A DNA stretch of 64,000 bases from an uncultured Lentimicrobiaceae bacterium. GTDB taxonomy: Bacteria; Bacteroidota; Bacteroidia; Bacteroidales; CAZZLL01. Shown one piece after another: positions 16,128-24,274 of the stretch (the first letter of the stretch is position 1; every line of letters begins with the position of its first letter). The notes beneath the pieces are model-generated. The model saw only the letters and a list, made by a program, of their open reading frames with translations, searched no databases and was not told where the DNA came from. The stretch is from the NCBI GenBank assembly GCA_964654725.1, contig CAZZLL010000006.1, positions 4,641 to 68,640 of the forward strand, given 5' to 3'. The position numbers were made by a program, and so were the translations under genes.

Positions 16128-16239
16128 GCAGAACTTATTTACAACTCAAAATTCAAGACCAAAACTTTTAGCGCACCACCAGCTTCCCTCCCCTCAGCGT
16201 GATCCCATCGTCCATGACCTTCCAGACGAATACAGGGTG

Positions 16240-17484
16240 TTAGAACCGGCAGAATACCTTAAGTTTTTTAACTGCTTCTTCATGGCCCATATTGGCTGCC
16301 ATTTTTAGGTCTTCACAGGCTCCGTACAAGTCTTTATCGAGGTTTTTGCATTCCCCTCTCAGAAAAAATGCATTTGCTGATGGAAATATTTTTATGGATT
16401 TATCCAGATCCTTAATGGCGCTTTTGAGGTCTTTTTTTTCGAAATGTATCATTCCCAACATATAATATGCCTGGTAGCTTTTTTTGTTTATTTCAATGGC
16501 TTTGTTGCAATCGTGAAAAGCCTGTACATCCCTGTCCATTTTCATGTATGTAAAAGCTCTGTTAATATATGCTTCTTCATATTCCCGGTTATAGGTGATG
16601 GCTTTGGAGAAATCTTTATTTGCTATATCATAATCTCCTTTTTGGCTGTAACACCAACCTCTTTTGTTAAAGATAACTGCATCCCTGGACTTAAAATGAT
16701 CCACCAGTTTATCATAATCCCTGATAGCTGCCTGGTATTTTCCGGATTTCATATAGGCATTTGCCCTGTGCTTGTAAACATCTTTATTGGCAATATCAAA
16801 TTTTATTGCGCTGGAAAAATCACTTCCGGCTTTTTGATACATCTCCTGTTCTTCAAATAATAATCCTCTTTGATAATAAGCGATGGCAAAGTTCTCTTTG
16901 TATTTGATGGCAAGATTGAAATCAGGCAGGGCCTCTTTATTGTTACCCTGCCTTCTGTATGACATGGCTCTTTTATAAAAAAGACTATGGTCTGCTTTAT
17001 CCCGCTTTTCGAGTAATTCAATTGCTTTGGAATAATCTTCAATAGCATTTATAAAGCTTGACTGTTGATGATAGAGGTCTCCTCGGTTTATATAAGCATC
17101 TGTATAATTCTCTTTTATTTTGATAGCGGCAGTATAGTCATCCAGTGCTTTGTTTGTTTTGTTTTCTTTTTCATGGGCGATGGCACGGTGGTAGAAAGCC
17201 TGGTAATAATCGGGTTTGGTTTTTATCGCCAGGTTGTATTGTTCTAAAGCCTTGCCCGTTTCTTTCAGGGCGAAAAAACACCTTCCTTTGTCAAGGTAGG
17301 CATCAAAATAATAAGGGCTTTTTACGATAACTTTATCAAACATTTCAATGGCTTTCTGGTATTTTTGCTGATGCATGAGTTCAACACCCTGATCATACAT
17401 TTGATTAGCCGACTGGCTCCAACAATTTGGTAGAAACATTGTTAATAATGCAGTTAAAAGAAAAAGATTTTTCATAATAATCAA
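16240..17484 (-). CDS. Secreted tetratricopeptide-repeat protein
   Basis: 414 aa with a signal peptide. Has at least 10 consecutive 34-aa TPR units (Y..A...Y..AI..[DN]P.Y..AY..RG pattern). Confidence 0.8.
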   Translation of the reverse strand: MIIMKNLFLLTALLTMFLPNCWSQSANQMYDQGVELMHQQKYQKAIEMFDKVIVKSPYYFDAYLDKGRCFFALKETGKALEQYNLAIKTKPDYYQAFYHRAIAHEKENKTNKALDDYTAAIKIKENYTDAYINRGDLYHQQSSFINAIEDYSKAIELLEKRDKADHSLFYKRAMSYRRQGNNKEALPDFNLAIKYKENFAIAYYQRGLLFEEQEMYQKAGSDFSSAIKFDIANKDVYKHRANAYMKSGKYQAAIRDYDKLVDHFKSRDAVIFNKRGWCYSQKGDYDIANKDFSKAITYNREYEEAYINRAFTYMKMDRDVQAFHDCNKAIEINKKSYQAYYMLGMIHFEKKDLKSAIKDLDKSIKIFPSANAFFLRGECKNLDKDLYGACEDLKMAANMGHEEAVKKLKVFCRF

Positions 17485-17493
17485 AGTATTCTT

Positions 17494-18138
17494 ATGATAG
17501 AAAAAGATTTGTCTGATTTGCGGTATGATTATAACAAAGATACATTAAAAAGGTCAGAAATTCCTTTGAATCCATTTGCGTTATTTGATGGATGGTTTAG
17601 CAAAGCTGAGAAAGAACATGTTGGGGAAGCTAATGCCATGGTGCTATCAACGGTCTCTTCAAAAGGGCGTCCCTCTTCGCGTATGGTGCTTTTAAAGTCA
17701 TATGATGAGGAAGGATTGGTTTTTTATACGAATTATAACAGTCTGAAAGGACAACATATATCAGGCAATAATTCAGTATGTGTATTATTTTACTGGCATG
17801 ATCTCCAGCGACAAATCAGGATTGAAGGCATTGTGCAAAGGATCAGCTCTCTGGATTCTGATACTTATTTTGCAAACAGGCCCAGGCAAAGCATGATCAG
17901 TGCTGTAATTTCTCCTCAAAGCAGGAAGATTCCCGACAGAGAATATTTGGACAAGCTGGTGAAAGAATTTAAAGAGGATAATAAAAGCTCTGATGTAAAG
18001 CGTCCTCCTGAGTGGGGTGGTTACCGGATAATTCCTGTTAAGTTTGAATTTTGGCAAGGCAGGAAAAACCGACTGCATGATCGCATTGAATACATACAGC
18101 AGCGACATCAGTGGCATACCAGAAGACTGGCACCCTGA
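17494..18138 (+). CDS. pdxH: Pyridoxamine 5'-phosphate oxidase
   Basis: 214 aa. Contains NAMVLSTV...GRPSSRMVLLK, RIEG, YF..RPR.S, and FWQGR.NRLHDRIEY. Confidence 0.9.
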   Translation: MIEKDLSDLRYDYNKDTLKRSEIPLNPFALFDGWFSKAEKEHVGEANAMVLSTVSSKGRPSSRMVLLKSYDEEGLVFYTNYNSLKGQHISGNNSVCVLFYWHDLQRQIRIEGIVQRISSLDSDTYFANRPRQSMISAVISPQSRKIPDREYLDKLVKEFKEDNKSSDVKRPPEWGGYRIIPVKFEFWQGRKNRLHDRIEYIQQRHQWHTRRLAP

Positions 18139-18140
18139 GC

Positions 18141-18359
18141 TTAATCATTGTTTTTAATGAATAATATCAGGTCTTCTACAAGTTCTTCCACATCTCCATT
18201 GGAATACCCTTTTTCCAGGGCAGCTTCTTGCAGGGAACCCCAGATAGGTTCTCCGCAGATAATGCATCGAATTCCCTTATCACTCAGATATTTTACGGTG
18301 ACGGGATATATGGTGGTGAGCTCTTCGATGGTAATGTCAGGCGTGATGGCAGTTTTCAT
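18141..18359 (-). CDS. DUF1858-like small protein (hybrid-cluster-protein-associated redox disulfide domain type)
   Basis: 72 aa. ITPDITIEEL...YP.TVKYL...GIRCIICGEP.WGSLQEAA fits the DUF1858 pattern with its CxxC. Confidence 0.6.
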   Translation of the reverse strand: MKTAITPDITIEELTTIYPVTVKYLSDKGIRCIICGEPIWGSLQEAALEKGYSNGDVEELVEDLILFIKNND

Positions 18360-18386
18360 TTTGGCGGTTAAATGAAATCTATATGA

Positions 18387-19154
18387 TTAAAAAGTTATTC
18401 TTGTTTCAGGCATAAGCTGTCTCAATGAATCTATCTGGCTGAAGGGTATATTATTTCCTTCCAGTTCTATCAACCGCAGGTTCTTCATGGAACTCATCCC
18501 ATACGGAATATTTCTCAGCTTATTGTTTTTAAGGTATAATAGTTCAAGCCACTTCAGTTTGGTAATATCAGTGGGCAGCGAATCTATCTGGTTATGGTCG
18601 AGTTTTAGAATGCGTAATTGTTCCATTTCCAATAATTCAGGAGGTATGCGTTGTAAATTATTGCGTTCAAAATAAACCTCTTCCAGACTTGTGATATCTT
18701 TTAAACCGGGAGAAATCGCATTAAGCTGGTTGCTGCCCATACGTAGCCTTTTGATCCTTTTCAGCGTATAAACCTCCTGGGGAATGCCTGTAAATTGGTT
18801 TTCCGTGAGGTATAATCCCTGTAAGTAAATCATATCTCCAACATAATCCGGAAGTGCTGTCAGGTTGTTTCTGGTCAATTCCAGGGTATTCAGGTATTTA
18901 AAATTAAACACTTCTTCAGGTACAGTTTTCAGTCCCTGGCTGAATAATACCAGTTTATATACCGAATCCGGATTGGCCATTGCGTCACTAACAGAGTGAT
19001 AAGCTTTCAGCGCATAGAGTTCATCCATATCAAAGAAAAGGTCTGGGTTAAAACCATTGTACACCAATCGTTTTGGGTCTTCCTTACAGGCAGTCAGAAA
19101 GACAATGGTTCCTAAAAGCAGCAATGCGACAATCATTGGTTTTCTCATAAACAC
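18387..19154 (-). CDS. Leucine-rich-repeat lipoprotein
   Basis: 255 aa. Signal/lipobox is LLLLGTIVFLTAC. About 7 tandem 23-aa LRRs follow (L..L.L..N.L..[IL]P..[IL]). Confidence 0.8.
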   Translation of the reverse strand: MFMRKPMIVALLLLGTIVFLTACKEDPKRLVYNGFNPDLFFDMDELYALKAYHSVSDAMANPDSVYKLVLFSQGLKTVPEEVFNFKYLNTLELTRNNLTALPDYVGDMIYLQGLYLTENQFTGIPQEVYTLKRIKRLRMGSNQLNAISPGLKDITSLEEVYFERNNLQRIPPELLEMEQLRILKLDHNQIDSLPTDITKLKWLELLYLKNNKLRNIPYGMSSMKNLRLIELEGNNIPFSQIDSLRQLMPETRITF

Positions 19155-19167
19155 AGAATTTTTTTTG

Positions 19168-19175
19168 CAAATTTA
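19168..19175 (-). promoter_or_regulatory. Bacteroidota -7 promoter motif (TAAATTTG on the minus strand) upstream of the LRR lipoprotein gene
   Basis: The plus strand reads CAAATTTA, which is TAAATTTG on the minus strand, 14-20 nt upstream of the candidate starts. Confidence 0.35.
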
Positions 19176-19364
19176 TTGAAAAAAAGATCACGCAAGAAAT
19201 CTAACCCGGATAATTCATAAACCTAAATCGTGAAAACCTGAATTATCTTTGTCGGGGTGTAACCAACATTATTTGAGCACATTATGCCATTTTGTGAATA
19301 ATGTAGGCTAAACACTTGGTTTTTTGGACATCATTGCGTGATCATGAGGGTAGAAAGACAAATC

Positions 19365-22190
19365 TTATTTAATCAAGTATGTGTATGACATGGAGTAAGT
19401 TCTTCCCATGCTGTATTTCAGGTAATTGAAATCCCCTTTATCAAAATGATGCACGGCCTTGTATTCTGCATCCAGGATGTTTCTAACACCGATTTCAAGG
19501 GAGGACCTTTCGCTGATGCCTTTGGAGATATTAAAGTTTAACGAAGGTACAGGTTGTTCATATACATAAGGAGTGGCCCCTTTAGTGATGATAAGAAGCT
19601 TCTCTCCTGTTACATTGAATCCAATATTATATTCCAGCTTTTTATCCTTGTTATGATAATTCAGGTATGCATTTACAATATAGGGAGCCTGTCCCAGCAT
19701 AGGTCTTTTATTATCCCTGTCGGGATCCAGAATATGAATGATTATCATCTCATCGGGATCGATCTCAACCACAGATTTAACCAATGTAAGATTACCCCCG
19801 AGAGTAAATTTGGATAAAGCCGGAACAAACTCCAGTTTCTTCCTGAATTCAAACTCCAGCCCATACAGGTAGGCATCGTTGGTGTTCACATACTGGATCT
19901 CAAAGTTTTGAGTTGTTACAGAAAGCTTCTGCTCAATGGGATTTTTGAATTGTTTGTAGAAGACACTGGCAGAAACTTTTTCTGCGGTTTTGAAAAACCA
20001 TTCCCACCGAAAATCCATATTGCTGATTACAGATCTTTCCAGGTCCTGGTTCCCTGTTACAAAAATACCGGTTTTGTAATCATAATAGTTGGTGCCGATT
20101 TCCTTGAATACGGGTCTGGCAATGGTTTGTGAGCCGGCAATACGCACATTCATTTTGTCATTCAGTGAGTAAATGAGGTTTAGAGATGGTAAAGGATCCA
20201 CTTCGCTCAATTCGCCGCTTTTGTGTAAATTGTCCGTTGTAGAAACTTTATTCGCAATATTAATATTAGAATTTTCGATTCTTACACCCGCAATGACTCT
20301 TATTTTTTCCGTTAACGGAAGGTCTGCCATGGCATAAGCTGCTATTACCGATTGATCAGCAGTATAGCTGTTGTTCAGGTTTTGGTTATGGTCGGAGGTA
20401 TAATAATATCCCAGGGGATAAGAAGGAGAGATGATCTCTGTGGTGAGGAATTCTTCGATATCGTTGGTAGACACGAAGGAATAGTCGTATTTTATGTCGA
20501 ATTTAACATCCGATACATCCCTGTATTTATAAGTAAATCCACCCCCAAACTTAAATTTGGATTTTTTTTCCCTGAACATGAAAGGCAACTCAAAATCTAT
20601 TTTTGCATTGATATTTGATTCCTTCATATCCCTGAAAAATCTTCCGGGTTTATCATTTGTTTTCAGTCGCATGGTTGTATCATCCGGATTGGTGTATAAA
20701 TTTTCAAAAAAGCGCAGATCGGGTTCGTTTTGATTCATATAGGTATATGAAACCAACCAATTGGCAACAAGCATATTCAGCCTTTGTATAATGTGTTTGC
20801 CATGTAACTGGTAAGAATCGAATGTTCTTTCAAGGTAACTCAGATTTCTGTCCCTGTCGTATGTGCTTTCATAGTGGAAATATCCATCCCTGAAAACAGC
20901 CGCAATTTTACCGTTTTGGTTTCTGAGGTATCTGAGTCCGATTTTATTCTTTTCATTCAGCTTAATGCTGATATTTGCAAGTGCATTAATATTTACATTT
21001 TGCGTGCCGCTCAAAATGGAGTCATAGATTTTCCAGGGCGAGGGGTTGATGTCTTCATCATAAATGCCATACTCCCCGTCATCATAATAGTCATAACCAC
21101 TGGAATAGCTTAGGGCAAAGTTATATCCAAGAGCTTTTTCGGGTTTATCAGGCGAAAGGGGTATTTGATTTCCAAGCGAGATTTTCTGGCTGAAATCCAG
21201 AAATGAACTTTTCGTGCTTGGCGACATTTCTGTGGAGAAAGAAGAGGAAATATCGTTCAATTCCTGTTCTGTGAAAGCTCCCTGTATGATTTGTCCAAGA
21301 CCTTCACTGATCAGTCTGTCAAGGGCATCCTGCGCGGGTCCGGGGATATCCCTGCTTCCGTCATCCATCCCAAACCAATCCATATTGCCTCCTTCGTAGG
21401 TCAGAAAATCATCGATTAAGTTTGATTGCGGGTTATAGCTGAAAGATGACGACCACTGGAGAGTAAATGTTTCCGGAAAATCATTTGTGGCCACATCTAC
21501 ATACCCTCCGGTAGATTCACCGGGGAGGTCGGGGGTAAAGGTTTTATGCACAATAACGTTTTCAATGATATTGCTGGGAAAGATATCCATCTGCACCGTG
21601 TTTTTTTCCGGATCGAGTGCCGGAATATCAGCCCCGTTTAGAGTAATCTTGGTATAGCGATCTCCCAGTCCCCTGACAAATATATATTTGTCATTCTGAA
21701 CAGATACACCTGTTACACGCTTTAGGGCTGCTGCTGCATGTTTGTCTCCTAAATTGGAGATTTGCTCGGAGGAGATACAATCTAACATAGATGCAGATTT
21801 CTGCTGAATTTTTTGCAGGGCCGCTTCTGTTTTGCGGGTGGATTTAGCTTTGATTTCAACAACATCCAGTGTCTGGGATGTTTCTTTAAGGCAGAGGTTC
21901 ATGATGGTAACTTCTCTGGCTTTTACTTCAATATCAGTAATTGTTTGTGATTGATAAGAAATATAAGAATAATTGAGGCTGTATTTTCCCGGGTCAAGTT
22001 GAAGGCTGTAGTTGCCATCAAAGTCGGTTATGGTGCCGGACAGAGTTCCTTCAATTTTGATGGCAACACCAATGAGTGTTTCACCGGTTTTTTCATCTGT
22101 AACCGAACCCCGGATAAATCCTTTTTGAGCCTTGGTGAAATTTGCGAAACAGACTATTATCGCAATCAGTAAAAAAATCTTTCTACCCAT
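19365..22190 (-). CDS. TonB-dependent outer-membrane receptor (CarboxypepD_reg + plug + barrel)
   Basis: I moved the start to MGRKIFLLIAIIVCFANFTKAQ; the track ORF starts at 22253 and would run through the upstream hairpin. Contains GFIRGSVTDEKTGETLIGV and plug motifs VTGVSVQNDKYIFVRGLGDRYTKITLNG. Confidence 0.85.
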   Translation of the reverse strand: MGRKIFLLIAIIVCFANFTKAQKGFIRGSVTDEKTGETLIGVAIKIEGTLSGTITDFDGNYSLQLDPGKYSLNYSYISYQSQTITDIEVKAREVTIMNLCLKETSQTLDVVEIKAKSTRKTEAALQKIQQKSASMLDCISSEQISNLGDKHAAAALKRVTGVSVQNDKYIFVRGLGDRYTKITLNGADIPALDPEKNTVQMDIFPSNIIENVIVHKTFTPDLPGESTGGYVDVATNDFPETFTLQWSSSFSYNPQSNLIDDFLTYEGGNMDWFGMDDGSRDIPGPAQDALDRLISEGLGQIIQGAFTEQELNDISSSFSTEMSPSTKSSFLDFSQKISLGNQIPLSPDKPEKALGYNFALSYSSGYDYYDDGEYGIYDEDINPSPWKIYDSILSGTQNVNINALANISIKLNEKNKIGLRYLRNQNGKIAAVFRDGYFHYESTYDRDRNLSYLERTFDSYQLHGKHIIQRLNMLVANWLVSYTYMNQNEPDLRFFENLYTNPDDTTMRLKTNDKPGRFFRDMKESNINAKIDFELPFMFREKKSKFKFGGGFTYKYRDVSDVKFDIKYDYSFVSTNDIEEFLTTEIISPSYPLGYYYTSDHNQNLNNSYTADQSVIAAYAMADLPLTEKIRVIAGVRIENSNINIANKVSTTDNLHKSGELSEVDPLPSLNLIYSLNDKMNVRIAGSQTIARPVFKEIGTNYYDYKTGIFVTGNQDLERSVISNMDFRWEWFFKTAEKVSASVFYKQFKNPIEQKLSVTTQNFEIQYVNTNDAYLYGLEFEFRKKLEFVPALSKFTLGGNLTLVKSVVEIDPDEMIIIHILDPDRDNKRPMLGQAPYIVNAYLNYHNKDKKLEYNIGFNVTGEKLLIITKGATPYVYEQPVPSLNFNISKGISERSSLEIGVRNILDAEYKAVHHFDKGDFNYLKYSMGRTYSMSYTYLIK

Positions 22191-22228
22191 TTTTTTTGTT
22201 TTTCTGATTGTTATTCTTAATGAAACAG

Positions 22229-22269
22229 AAAAAAGCTGAAAGGTAAAAATCACCTCTCAGCTTTTTTTG
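22229..22269 (-). terminator. Hairpin flanked by A/T runs (terminator or attenuator) between the lipoprotein gene and the TBDT gene
   Basis: AGCTGAAAGG (22234-22243) pairs with CCTCTCAGCT (22253-22262): a 10-bp stem with one G-U pair and a 9-nt loop. It is flanked by A5 on one side and T7 on the other, so either strand ends in a U-run. Confidence 0.45.
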
Positions 22270-22287
22270 TCTATAGATCACACCTTA

Positions 22288-23667
22288 TTATTTGTAGAAC
22301 AACGTCCAGCCATCAGCCCAGTTAGTACCACCTGGTTGGAAAGCACCATGATAAGCAGCAGCATCAAAAAATGTTGCAGCAGGAGTGGCAGCAGTAGGAG
22401 CAGCAGAAGCAGCAGCAGGAATTGGATCGATATCAGCGATATCTTCGTCAGTTCCTGTTAAGATATCTTCAATTACGTTTCCTCCATTGCTGAAAAGATT
22501 TGCAGCAACGTCAGCAGCATGAGTTGCAGGAAGTGTTCCTGCTTCTGCTTTAGCATAAATAGAAGTAGCAGTGTCACCACCGGCTAAGGATGAGAAAATA
22601 TTGTTGGCAAATGCAAGAGTAGCAGCGTTGTCAGTCATCCAGTCATAGCTACTATGCTTATCATCACGATACTCAATTCTGATTCCTTTAACAGCATTGT
22701 GGAAAATAGAGTTAGCATAGGTACCGGCAGCATTGTCTCTGAAAATCACAAAGTTTCCTAATTGGTTACCAATGTAAGTAGCATTGTAAATCATAGGCTC
22801 AGCATAAGGAGCAGATTCTTCGTTAGAACCTGTTCCACCATCCTGCTCAGCGCAGCGGTCGCCAGTTTTGTCGTCCTGGATAGCTACCCAAAATTGTCCG
22901 TATCCGTGGAAACCTTCGTCATAATCATACGAATCATCACCACAAAGAGCAACAAAAGCATGCTTTACGTTAGCAGCACCACCGAAGAATTCAATGCCAT
23001 CGTCGATGTTAGAAATAACTTCGATATAATCGAAAGTTGTTCCGCTACCAACAGCACCAAGGCTTAAACCGTTAATTTCGTTTCCGGCTCCGATGTCTGT
23101 ACCACCATGACGGATAGATACATACGTTAATGTACCGGAATTGTCGTCATCGGAAGCACCAGTGTTAGCATCAAAGCCATAATATGCATTGTACTCATCA
23201 GGAATACCTTCGATTCTTTTAGCTACGGTATTGTTCGTTGTAGCTTTACCAAGGATGACTAAACCACCCCAAAGACCTTGTACCTGCCTGATGAAAACAC
23301 CATCTTTTCCGTCACCTTTGCCGGTAAAAATGATAGGATCAGCTGCAGTTCCCTGGGCGTCAATCATTCCACCTTTCATCACAATCAATGCACTTGCATT
23401 CTCACCCTGACCGGGATTCGCTTCGATAAGTGTTCCGGCAGGAATGGTTAAAGTAGCTCCGTCTTGTACTAATACAAACCCATCTAGTAAATAAGTTTTG
23501 GTTGCATCTAAGGTTTTATTTCCGGTAATATCACCTGATAAAACCGTATACCCATCATTTGGGGTAGTAGGGTTGTCGTTGTTATCTTCATCTTTGTCAC
23601 AAGAAGATAATACAAGAGAAAAAGCAACAAATAAAATAGCTAATAAGCTAAAGTTTCTTTTTTTCAT
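22288..23667 (-). CDS. Lipoprotein of unknown function, G/D/N/T/A-rich, probably beta-helix-like
   Basis: I moved the start to MKKRNFSLLAILFVAFSLVLSSC (ATG at 23667). The acidic CDKDEDNNDN follows the lipobox. Recurring G..I.....G motifs are present, along with an Ala/Pro-rich segment near the C-terminus (PIPAAASAAPTAATPAA) and a terminal NWADGWTLFYK. Confidence 0.7.
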   Translation of the reverse strand: MKKRNFSLLAILFVAFSLVLSSCDKDEDNNDNPTTPNDGYTVLSGDITGNKTLDATKTYLLDGFVLVQDGATLTIPAGTLIEANPGQGENASALIVMKGGMIDAQGTAADPIIFTGKGDGKDGVFIRQVQGLWGGLVILGKATTNNTVAKRIEGIPDEYNAYYGFDANTGASDDDNSGTLTYVSIRHGGTDIGAGNEINGLSLGAVGSGTTFDYIEVISNIDDGIEFFGGAANVKHAFVALCGDDSYDYDEGFHGYGQFWVAIQDDKTGDRCAEQDGGTGSNEESAPYAEPMIYNATYIGNQLGNFVIFRDNAAGTYANSIFHNAVKGIRIEYRDDKHSSYDWMTDNAATLAFANNIFSSLAGGDTATSIYAKAEAGTLPATHAADVAANLFSNGGNVIEDILTGTDEDIADIDPIPAAASAAPTAATPAATFFDAAAYHGAFQPGGTNWADGWTLFYK

Positions 23668-23839
23668 ACTGTTGAAATTTGAATTGATAAATATTTGGTT
23701 TCTAATAAAAATAATGCAATTAAATACAATGCAAATCAACAGGTTTTGGAAGAACTGAAAATTAACAGAATGTTATCCTTAGGTTAAAAATAAAGATGAT
23801 ATGTCGGTTGTTCTTAATGTTAAATTAACACAGATATAA

Positions 23840-24269
23840 TTAGGTTTGATTTTCCTTTTGCAGCTTATTTTCAATGTGGATGTATTTGTTATCATCAATA
23901 AAAACAGAAATAAGCAGGGTGATCATGATAACACTCATGATACTGACTATTCTTTCTTCATGCGGAATGCCAACAATTCCTGGTTGAATGCCCAACCAAA
24001 CCACAGCTATCGGATATACAATCAGTGCTGCTAATTCAATAAGAAGGTGTGTAACGGGTTTTTCTGTCCATGGAAATTTCTTCCAAAGGTACATGACGAT
24101 CCAACGGGAACCCCATCCAGATAGCAAAGGTCATGAATGTTGCCTGGATAACTGCTCTGTAATATTCATTTGTAAACAGCTTTCCTTCACTCCACATAAT
24201 AATGGTGGGGAAAAGTATCCCCACCAATGGAATGCCTATAATTCTTAAGCATTTATCGTTGTAATCCAT
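23840..24269 (-). pseudogene. Frameshifted and 3'-truncated remnant of a LytS/His_kinase-type sensor kinase (membrane domain only)
   Basis: Two overlapping ORFs (24269-24036 and 24127-23840) together read ...LRIIGIPLVGILFP...ATFMTFAIW-G-SRWIVMYLWKKFPWTEKPVTHLLIELAAL.... This resembles the N-terminal TM region of Bacteroidota LytTR-partnered histidine kinases (W.GNRWI...FPW..KP). The frame switches near the C4/G4 run at 24111-24114. The sequence ends at ...IENKLQKENQT, where the dimerisation/His (NPHFLFN) region would normally begin. Confidence 0.5.
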
Positions 24270-24274
24270 CTTGC

